14,667 nucleotides of DNA from a virus (lineage: Monodnaviria > Loebvirae > Hofneiviricota > Faserviricetes > Tubulavirales > Inoviridae). Position 1 is the stretch's first letter. Every line of letters starts with the position of its first letter. Below the pieces are notes generated by a model. It had not been told where the DNA came from, made no database searches, and was given only the letters and a program-made list of their open reading frames with translations. The DNA lies in the IMG/VR virus record IMGVR_UViG_2609459846_000001. One strand, written 5' to 3'. The position numbers and the translations under genes are program-made. Shown here piece by piece: positions 1-14,667 of this stretch.

Positions 1-3155
<3,155 letters not shown>

Positions 3156-3185
3156 CTGAATTTTTAACATTGAGGAGTCTGATTT

Positions 3186-3611
3186 ATGAATCAAATTTAC
3201 GACAGTTTTCCGTTTCCTTCCCCTGAAGGTTTTACCGCAGGTATGACAATGGCGGGATATTTTATTCACGCCACTGTCATAAATGATGAGGAGTTAAAAC
3301 CCACGGGTTCTCATTATAACCCTGAGGCCAAACCCAAATATGCCATTGTTATTGCCTATCCGTATGAGGACCGAAAATTAAAAGTCCGCCGTGAGGAGCA
3401 TGAGCGCTTTTCCTGTACTGAGGAGGATTTTAAATTTTTTAATTCATGTCCTGATTTGCAGGGCAAACCTGTTTATCTCACGGTGGATGTTAACTCATGG
3501 TCGACAGGCTCTGAACGTCATGGTGTCTGGTATCGTTTTATTTCCGGCTCCATGAAACGTTTTGACGGTCAGCCGCTGGGTGCACTGCCCGCTGGTAAAG
3601 ATAAGAATTAA
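3186..3611 (+). CDS. Hypothetical protein; putative ssDNA-binding protein by position (gV-like)
   Basis: 141-aa ORF with a GAGGAG ribosome-binding site 8 nt upstream, lying between the rep and coat genes where filamentous phages encode their ssDNA-binding protein. The assignment is positional only. Confidence 0.4.
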   Translation: MNQIYDSFPFPSPEGFTAGMTMAGYFIHATVINDEELKPTGSHYNPEAKPKYAIVIAYPYEDRKLKVRREEHERFSCTEEDFKFFNSCPDLQGKPVYLTVDVNSWSTGSERHGVWYRFISGSMKRFDGQPLGALPAGKDKN

Positions 3612-3616
3612 GTTTC

Positions 3617-3790
3617 ATGTCTGTTAATTCGGATTCGGTTTCCACGCAAATTAATGCTATTTGCGTGGGGATACCTGATGTGTCGGGGGTTGATTCCTCG
3701 GCGTTTTTAACGGGATTTTCACTGCCAGTATTTTGTTTTTTTCTTGGCATGATTATTTCCACAATTTGGAGTTTAATAAGGAGACTTTAA
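3617..3790 (+). CDS. Small hydrophobic protein, putative minor coat protein (g7p/g9p-like); not in the supplied ORF track
   Basis: 57 codons, translated by hand as MSVNSDSVSTQINAICVGIPDVSGVDSSAFLTGFSLPVFCFFLGMIISTIWSLIRRL. The C-terminal half is a predicted transmembrane helix followed by basic residues. It starts 5 nt after the previous stop and ends 2 nt before the major coat gene. An in-frame GTG at 3680 is an alternative start. Confidence 0.4.
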   Translation: MSVNSDSVSTQINAICVGIPDVSGVDSSAFLTGFSLPVFCFFLGMIISTIWSLIRRL

Positions 3791-3792
3791 TT

Positions 3793-4041
3793 ATGTTTGC
3801 AAAAATGACCAATCTTTTTAAGGGTGTTAATAAGAAAGTTGCAGCCTTATCTTTTTCCGCTGCTTCTGCTCTTGCTGTATCTCCGTCTTTTGCTGGTACA
3901 GTCGATTTTTCATCATTGACTAACAGCATTGATATGTCTTCTGTTTCTGCTGTTATTCTTTCTATCGGTGTTGCAGGAGTTACAGTTTATCTGACTTTTG
4001 CTGGCGTTCGTAAAGTATGGGGAGCCCTCAGAAGTATCTGA
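3793..4041 (+). CDS. Major coat protein (g8p-like) precursor
   Basis: 82 aa from the ATG at 3793, with AAGGAG 9 nt upstream. Signal peptide MFAKMTNLFKGVNKKVAALSFSAASALAVSPSFA, then a ~48-aa mature peptide with a hydrophobic core (VSAVILSIGVAGVTVYLTFAGV) and a basic C-terminus (RKVWGALRSI). A strong terminator follows. Confidence 0.7.
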   Translation: MFAKMTNLFKGVNKKVAALSFSAASALAVSPSFAGTVDFSSLTNSIDMSSVSAVILSIGVAGVTVYLTFAGVRKVWGALRSI

Positions 4042-4059
4042 GTTGTTTTTTATGAGGAA

Positions 4060-4083
4060 GGGCGGATATTCCGCCCTTTTTTT
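4060..4083 (+). terminator. Rho-independent terminator after the major coat gene
   Basis: GGGCGGA-tat-TCCGCCC forms a 7-bp GC-rich stem, followed directly by seven T residues (4077-4083). Confidence 0.65.
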
Positions 4084-4175
4084 GGATATTTATGTTTGAT
4101 TTTATTTTTATGATGTTTGGCTCCCTTTGTGGGTTATGTTGCGTCATTGGGTTTAAATCTAATTTGTGAGGTTTT

Positions 4176-4346
4176 GTGTCTACTCAAGAATTTAAAGTTA
4201 AATTGCCGAAATACACTATCGAGCAGATAGAAAGAATTATTTACAATAAAAATACAACCATTGAAGAATATGTTGTTTCAGTTATTCTTGAAAAAGCCGA
4301 TCAGGATTTCCGTCGAATTGTAAAACCATTTAGTTTTTACTGGTGA
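4176..4346 (+). CDS. Small hypothetical protein (56 aa, GTG start); not in the supplied ORF track
   Basis: Hand translation: [60 protein letters not shown] lies 4 nt upstream of the GTG. The stop (4344-4346) is 4 nt before the g3p start, which suggests translational coupling. Hydrophilic and charged. Confidence 0.3.
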   Translation: MSTQEFKVKLPKYTIEQIERIIYNKNTTIEEYVVSVILEKADQDFRRIVKPFSFYW

Positions 4347-4350
4347 TGAA

Positions 4351-5928
<1,578 letters not shown>

Positions 5929-5942
5929 TAATCAGGTGGTGA

Positions 5943-6233
<291 letters not shown>

Positions 6234-6244
6234 GAGGGTGATTT

Positions 6245-8559
<2,315 letters not shown>

Positions 8560-8819
8560 TGCCGCAACGCGGCATGTAAGGCGGCATGATGATGTTTCAT
8601 ATGATGCAGCTGCCTGACCGCCGAAGCCAGGGAGAGATTACAGAGCAGCAGGAGACAGCGCAACGCGCCGCCTGCCAGACCGCCTTTAAACAGGCAGTTA
8701 GCGAGACGAACGGCACGAGACGTGAGTCGTACAGGTGTTGATGTGATTAGTTGATGAAATTGATGATGACTTACAGCGATGCTTAGTTATCCGCCATCTT
8801 AAGTTCAATATGAATCATA

Positions 8820-8887
8820 GCCCGCCGGAACGGCAGTTGCCCCCGCCCGCAGGGGCGAGGACGGGAGCAACTGCCGTTCCGGCGGGC
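8820..8887. repeat. Perfect 21-bp inverted repeat with a 26-nt spacer (GC-rich hairpin) in the intergenic region after the secretin gene
   Basis: The left arm GCCCGCCGGAACGGCAGTTGC (8820-8840) is the exact reverse complement of the right arm (8867-8887). The spacer has its own short nested stem (CGCCC/GGGCG). No T-tract follows. Confidence 0.85.
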
Positions 8888-9016
8888 AATGATGCTATAT
8901 ACTCTTTAATGATGGATGTAACGTAATATTCTCTTTCCTATTCTGACATTATACACAGTACAAAAACTCATAACAAAGCACGAATGATAGCAAGCTTGTT
9001 TTTGTTATTTTTTTAA

Positions 9017-9784
<768 letters not shown>

Positions 9785-9867
9785 ATAATTACACACGTAA
9801 TTATTGCATTGCAAACCATTACCTTATAAGGGGGTAACTTAGTGTAGGCTCTTGTTCCCCCTCTAAT

Positions 9868-9922
<55 letters not shown>

Positions 9923-10263
9923 AACGCCTGATATGTCATCGCGGCAAAACGCGTCCATTGAATATAGCCAATATTTAAACCACCCGATCCAGCCCCAACA
10001 TGCCGCGAGCCTAAAAAAAACAGAGCAGCACCTTCCCCAAAAGGCGAGCCCCTGTAAGTGTGATATTTGCTATCTGTAAAAGACTAAAATCGGCAAAACT
10101 GATGATCTTTTCACGTAGACAAATAGTTATCTACACAACGTCAATAAGGGCATATTCCTCAAAGATAATGTCCATTTCTGCCGACACACTCATATTCAGA
10201 TTGCCCCACTCCCTGGGGCTTAAATCTCTTACTATTCACCGTTGCAGGCGTTTCAAATGCGCA

Positions 10264-11646
10264 TCAACCTGCCACACTCCCCCACACCAGTTGCCCTTTA
10301 TGGAACGTTGCTGTTCTCGGCGAGATACGCGCCACCGCCTCGGCAGAACAGGAGGCGTCCACCAGCACAAAGCTGGCGTCATCCTGCGCTTTTGGCCATA
10401 CACGCTCGCCTTTTTCATTCAGCGGCAATACATCGCCAGTGGCTAGAAACAGCGAACGGGAGAGGTTCTGTTCGTTAGGACGAATATAGAGCTGCGCGTA
10501 CAGATTGGCTTTTTCCAGCATGTCGCCCAGACCATAAGGCGACCAGTGGTCGATAACGCTGTCAGTGCCAGTCATCACTTTTACGCCTTTGTCGTGCAAC
10601 TGTTTGAGCGGCATATGCAGCGTGCCAATCGGCACCGTCGAGGCAATAGAAATTTGTTGCACCACCATCCGGTTCGCCAGTTCATCTACCTGTTGCTCGT
10701 TGAGCGTTGCCAGCGCAAAGGCGTGACTGATGGTCAGCTTGCCCTTCAGCTGTGGCGTTTTCTCTACCGTTTCAACCATATAATTGATGGCTGCCACGCC
10801 TGCCGGAGTGGTTTCGTGCAGGTGAATATCGACGCCTTTGTCGTAGTCCAGCGCAATCTGGAACATGGTGTCGAGGGATTTTTCCATCGCGCCATCAACA
10901 CTGGTCGGGTCCAGGCCGCCGACGTAATGCGCCCCCGCCTGCATCGCTTCACGCATTAAAGGTTCAGATTTCGACAGCAGCAAACCGTGCTGCGGGAAGG
11001 CGACGATTTCACACTCAAAGCCCGCCTGACGTCGCGCCAGCACCGCCTGCAAATTTTGCAGATTTTTCAGGCCGGAAACCGGTTCGATATTGCAGTGGCT
11101 GCGGGCAATGGTGGTGCCTTTCGACTGCAATAAATCAATCAGTTTTTCTGCCCGCTCCTGAGTGTACGGTTGCAGTTCCGGCAGCATTTTCTGCTCGAGT
11201 TTGATCATGTCCTGGATGATGGTGCCTGCCGGACGATTGAGCGAGCGCCACGGCCCGCCGTAAAAGGTTTTGTCGAGATGAATATGCATGTCGCGGGTGG
11301 TGGGCAGCATCAGCTTACCGCCAGCGTCATAGTGCGGCAGCGTGGCGTCCGGATGCAGCTTGTTCTCGCGCAGGGCGACAATTTTGCCGTCCTGAATCTC
11401 CACGGTCTGGCGCGCCGTGCGGGTCTGCACCGCCACGCCATTTTCGTAGTCAAAACCGGTTTCCAGCAGCACGTTATCGAGATAGTAATGCGGGTCAGTG
11501 ATTTTCATGGTGTTGTTCGCTTCGCAGTTTAGGGTGCCAGCTACCGCCGCATGGGCGAGCGGCACAGAGGTACCAAACAGCGCGGCGGCGGTGACCATCT
11601 TACCGCTCTGGCTCAGAAATTCACGGCGGCTATTGCTTTCTTTCAT
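10264..11646 (-). CDS. yahJ: Tat-exported amidohydrolase/deaminase family protein
   Basis: 460 aa with a twin-arginine signal (SRREFLSQSG...AAALFG...AHA) and metal-dependent amidohydrolase-like His motifs (HIHLDK, HLHE). Its size and position next to a carbamate-kinase-like gene match E. coli yahJ. Confidence 0.8.
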   Translation of the reverse strand: MKESNSRREFLSQSGKMVTAAALFGTSVPLAHAAVAGTLNCEANNTMKITDPHYYLDNVLLETGFDYENGVAVQTRTARQTVEIQDGKIVALRENKLHPDATLPHYDAGGKLMLPTTRDMHIHLDKTFYGGPWRSLNRPAGTIIQDMIKLEQKMLPELQPYTQERAEKLIDLLQSKGTTIARSHCNIEPVSGLKNLQNLQAVLARRQAGFECEIVAFPQHGLLLSKSEPLMREAMQAGAHYVGGLDPTSVDGAMEKSLDTMFQIALDYDKGVDIHLHETTPAGVAAINYMVETVEKTPQLKGKLTISHAFALATLNEQQVDELANRMVVQQISIASTVPIGTLHMPLKQLHDKGVKVMTGTDSVIDHWSPYGLGDMLEKANLYAQLYIRPNEQNLSRSLFLATGDVLPLNEKGERVWPKAQDDASFVLVDASCSAEAVARISPRTATFHKGQLVWGSVAG

Positions 11647-11655
11647 CTTACGTCC

Positions 11656-12606
11656 TTACGTTTTAATAATATGAGTGCCCGTTTCGCCGCGCAGCGCCGC
11701 AGGCAGGCATTCCGGCGTGGTGATAATCACTTCTTTGCCGCCTTGTTCTAAAAATGTCAGGCTGGCGATGATTTTTGGCAACATGCTGCCGGGCGGGAAA
11801 TGCCCTTCCTGCATATAGCGGGTCATGGTGGCAATATCCACCCGATCGAGCGCCTGCTGCTGCGGTTTGCCAAAGTGAATACACACTTTTTCGACGCCAG
11901 TGGTGATCACAAGAATGTCGGCGTGAATTTCACGGGCCAGCAGCGCGGTAGAGAGATCTTTGTCGATAACCGCGTCCACGCTTTGGTAATCTCCCGCGTC
12001 AGTACGCACTACCGGAATTCCACCGCCGCCCGCGCCAATTACGACAAAACCTTGTTGGATCAGCGCTTTAATGGCAGGTGCTTCGACAATACGTTTCGGT
12101 TCCGGCGAGGCGACCACGCGGCGATAGCCCCGCCCGGCATCTTCAACAAAACACCAGTCAGGGTTTGCCTTTTGTAATTCGTCACGCTGGCTGTCACTAA
12201 AGAATGCGCCGATGGGCTTGGTGGGATGGGCAAAACCTGGATCGTTTTTATCCACTTCCACCTGAGTCACCACGGTGACGGCTTTCTTCTCGCCGTGACG
12301 CGCCAGCCGGTTATTCAGCGCCTGTTGGATCAGATAGCCGATGCCGCCCTGCGTATCTGCCACACAGTTCGCCAGCGGCGTTAAGGGCAGCCCTTCGCGC
12401 TCGTGGGCAATCTCCGCACGGCGTAAATCCAGCCCGACCTGCGGCCCGTTGCCGTGGGTCAGCACAATGTCGTAATCGGAAGCCAGCATTTCCAGCACCG
12501 TATCGGCGACGGCTTTCACCGCCTCCGCCTGATGCTCAATCGACTGGCTGGCGTTATCTTTGATAATGCTGTTGCCACCAATGGCAACGACCACAAGCTC
12601 TTTCAT
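11656..12606 (-). CDS. yahI: Carbamate kinase-like protein
   Basis: 316 aa with an amino-acid-kinase-family N-terminus (VVVAIGGNSI, THGNGPQVG) and a Gly-rich loop (GAGGGGIPV). It lies 9 bp upstream of yahJ in the same orientation. Confidence 0.85.
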   Translation of the reverse strand: MKELVVVAIGGNSIIKDNASQSIEHQAEAVKAVADTVLEMLASDYDIVLTHGNGPQVGLDLRRAEIAHEREGLPLTPLANCVADTQGGIGYLIQQALNNRLARHGEKKAVTVVTQVEVDKNDPGFAHPTKPIGAFFSDSQRDELQKANPDWCFVEDAGRGYRRVVASPEPKRIVEAPAIKALIQQGFVVIGAGGGGIPVVRTDAGDYQSVDAVIDKDLSTALLAREIHADILVITTGVEKVCIHFGKPQQQALDRVDIATMTRYMQEGHFPPGSMLPKIIASLTFLEQGGKEVIITTPECLPAALRGETGTHIIKT

Positions 12607-12656
12607 GTTGTTATGTCCGCTACAGAGGGTGATGGGGTTATGACCAACGCCAGACT

Positions 12657-13201
12657 GCCTGATGCGCTACGCTTATCAGGCCTACAATTCTCGCGCCACT
12701 CGTAGGCCGGATAAGGCGTTCACGCCGCATCCGGCAATGGTGACAAATGCCTGATGCGCTACGCTTATCAGGCCTACAGATTCTCGCGCCACTCGTAGGC
12801 CGGATAAGGCGTCCACGCCGCATCCGGCAGTGGTGGCAAATGCCTGATGCGCTACGCTTATCAGGCCTACAGATTCTTGCGCCATTCGTAGGCCGGATAA
12901 GGCGTTCACGCCACATCCGGCAATGGTGACAAATGCCTGATGCGCTACGCTTATCAGGCCTACAGATTCTTGCGCCATTCGTAGGCCGGATAAGGCGTTC
13001 ACGCCACATCCGGCAATGGTGACAAATGCCTGATGCGCTACGCTTATCAGGCCTACAGATTCTTGCGCCATTCGTAGGCCGGATAAGGCGTTCACGCCAC
13101 ATCCGGCAATGGTGACAAATGCCTGATGCGCTACGCTTATCAGGCCTACAGATTCTTGCGCCATTCGTAGGCCGGATAAGGCGTTCACGCCGCATCCGGC
13201 A
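12657..13201. repeat. REP/BIME array: six tandem ~93-bp units, each with two oppositely oriented REP palindromes
   Basis: Units begin at 12657, 12749, 12842, 12935, 13028 and 13121. Each contains GCCTGATGCGCTACGCTTATCAGGCCTACA and GTAGGCCGGATAAGGCGTTCACGCCGCATCCGGCA, the classic E. coli REP consensus types. The array sits between the DUF1116 gene and the carbamate-kinase-like gene. Confidence 0.9.
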
Positions 13202-13213
13202 TGAACATGTAGG

Positions 13214-14632
13214 TCAGACGCCGTAACGTTCGCACCAGCCAAGAATGGCTTTCTCGAAGCAGGCAAAAGGTGGATGCACAATGCCCGCGCCAATCATGCC
13301 GACGCCCGCATCTTTATGGGCGATGGCGGTGTTGATCACCGGCAGAATGCCGCTGCTACCCACGCGGGTGATGTCGATTGCCGACGGCACGCCCATAAAA
13401 CCGAGCAGCGGAATGGTGACGTTGGGGTTTTCACCGAGGGTGATTTCGCGCATCTGACGGGAGAAATCAATAGCTTCTTCCACCGTGCCGCCCACCAGCG
13501 CGACGATAGCGGGCGCGGTCGCCATAGCAAATCCGCCAATACCGTAGGTTTCGGTGATGGCGCTGTCGCCGATATCCAGCCCCGAATCTTCCGGCTTATA
13601 ACCGGCAAACATCGGGCCGATCACCTGCTGCGCCGGGCCGGTAAACCATTGCCCCGGCAGGCCGCTGACCCGCAGGCCGAACTCGACGCCGTTACGCGCC
13701 ATGGTGGTGACCACGGTGCTGTATTCGATGCCATGCGCCGCATCCATCGCCGCTTTACACATCGCCATCCACGTCGGGCCGGAGAAGTAGTCGCTGCTGG
13801 CGACAAACTCAAACACTTCGCGCTGTTGCTCGACGGAATAACCCGCCTGAATAATCCCCGGCGTCAGCGCCTGAATCAGCAGTGTCGTCCCGGCGTTATT
13901 GCGGTTATGGCACTCATCGCCCATATGCAGCGCCTGCGCCAGCATTAAGCGCAGATCGATTTCGCCGATAATTTTCATCGCGTCGCGCAGTATTGGTCCC
14001 TGCACATCACGCATCCAGTTCAGGCGGTCAATCACGCTCTGGTCGTTAGCGCCCATACGCAAAATCTTCGCCATCTGCTCGCTCATGTTGGTATAAGCGA
14101 TGTTGCCGTAGGTTTTGTTTTTTACGATGTGCATAAACATCGAGGCCGAGGTAACACCCGCCATCGATCCCACGCAGTCGTGCTCGTGACACGGCGAGAA
14201 GGTGATCTCCCCGGAAGCCGCCAGTTCAGCCGCCTCGTCGAGATCTTTCGCCAGTCCTTCGAACACCAGCGCTCCGGTGACCGCGCCTTTCATCGCGCCG
14301 CACATTTTTTCCCAGGTGATCGGCGGCCCGGCGTGAAGAATGGTTTTCGCCGTCATGCCCGGCACCACGTTAATCGCCTGATCAAAACCAATCAGCATCG
14401 GATGCGACTGGATAATACGCTCCAGCGCCTGCTGGTTAGCGGCGGCGATTTTGTCCGCCAGCGGCGAATCGGCAATGTTATCCAGCGCCTGCACCACCTG
14501 CATATTGCCCTGCCCCGGCGGCGTCCAGTCGAGTTGAGTCACTTCTACATGCTGCTTTTTCAGGTCATCGCTAAACATGGCGATGCCGACGTTAATAACG
14601 TTCAATGGTTGGCTAAACAGTGACTGGCTCAT
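13214..14632 (-). CDS. yahG: DUF1116-family protein
   Basis: 472 aa, beginning MSQSLFSQPLNVINVGIAMFSDDL. Its size and position upstream of the REP array and yahI match E. coli yahG. A GGAGG ribosome-binding site lies upstream on the minus strand. Confidence 0.8.
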   Translation of the reverse strand: MSQSLFSQPLNVINVGIAMFSDDLKKQHVEVTQLDWTPPGQGNMQVVQALDNIADSPLADKIAAANQQALERIIQSHPMLIGFDQAINVVPGMTAKTILHAGPPITWEKMCGAMKGAVTGALVFEGLAKDLDEAAELAASGEITFSPCHEHDCVGSMAGVTSASMFMHIVKNKTYGNIAYTNMSEQMAKILRMGANDQSVIDRLNWMRDVQGPILRDAMKIIGEIDLRLMLAQALHMGDECHNRNNAGTTLLIQALTPGIIQAGYSVEQQREVFEFVASSDYFSGPTWMAMCKAAMDAAHGIEYSTVVTTMARNGVEFGLRVSGLPGQWFTGPAQQVIGPMFAGYKPEDSGLDIGDSAITETYGIGGFAMATAPAIVALVGGTVEEAIDFSRQMREITLGENPNVTIPLLGFMGVPSAIDITRVGSSGILPVINTAIAHKDAGVGMIGAGIVHPPFACFEKAILGWCERYGV

Positions 14633-14667
14633 CAGGCTTCCTCCCCTTTGCAGATAAATTCACGCGC
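14632..14667 (-). CDS. Partial 3' end of the upstream gene (possibly yahF, FdrA-like); truncated by the window edge
   Basis: The minus-strand frame reads ...AREFICKGEEA then a stop, and that stop overlaps the yahG start (TGATG) by 1 nt, consistent with a coupled upstream gene. Only 11 codons are visible. Confidence 0.3.
   Translation of the reverse strand, partial: AREFICKGEEA

Noticed and set aside
3733-3792. N-terminal extension of the major coat ORF (start at 3733)
   Set aside because: The AAGGAG site and the signal-peptide-like N-terminus favour the ATG at 3793; the extension overlaps the small upstream ORF in another frame.
12657-13201. Possible CRISPR array, given regularly spaced repeats
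   Set aside because: The intervening sequences are also repeated rather than unique spacers, the units match REP palindromes, and no cas genes are nearby.
12638-13293. Minus-strand ORFs of 185 and 203 aa, and a 60-aa plus-strand ORF, with internally repeated peptide sequence
   Set aside because: They are translations of the tandem REP/BIME array. The periodic protein sequence mirrors the 93-bp DNA repeat, so they are not credible genes.
10546-14623. Plus-strand ORFs (for example 10546-10959, 11170-11532, 11800-12177, 13274-13948, 14129-14623) antisense to yahJ, yahI and yahG
   Set aside because: They are antisense artefacts within GC-rich host genes; the minus-strand products have clear family signatures.

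Overview
This window reads as an enterobacterial (E. coli-like) chromosomal segment with two parts. Positions ~1-8900 carry a compact, same-strand gene module typical of an integrated filamentous (Inovirus-like) phage: an IS110-family DEDD transposase/recombinase translationally coupled to a rolling-circle replication initiator, then a gV-like ORF, small hydrophobic ORFs, a major coat protein with a strong terminator, a g3p-like adsorption protein with a Gly-Thr/Ser repeat linker, a g6p-like protein, a Zot/pI assembly ATPase and a pIV secretin. Downstream is an intergenic region with a 68-nt perfect-armed hairpin, then a very AT-rich islet encoding a 232-aa single-HKD (PLD-family) nuclease-like protein. 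Positions ~10264-14667 are host genes on the minus strand that I recognise as the yahF-yahG-(REP array)-yahI-yahJ cluster. The candidates I would look at first are the phage's use of an IS110-type recombinase (with a possible bridge-RNA-like 5' region) and the orphan PLD-nuclease gene at the prophage/host junction. All calls rest on reading the sequence and ORF translations by eye; no database search was run.
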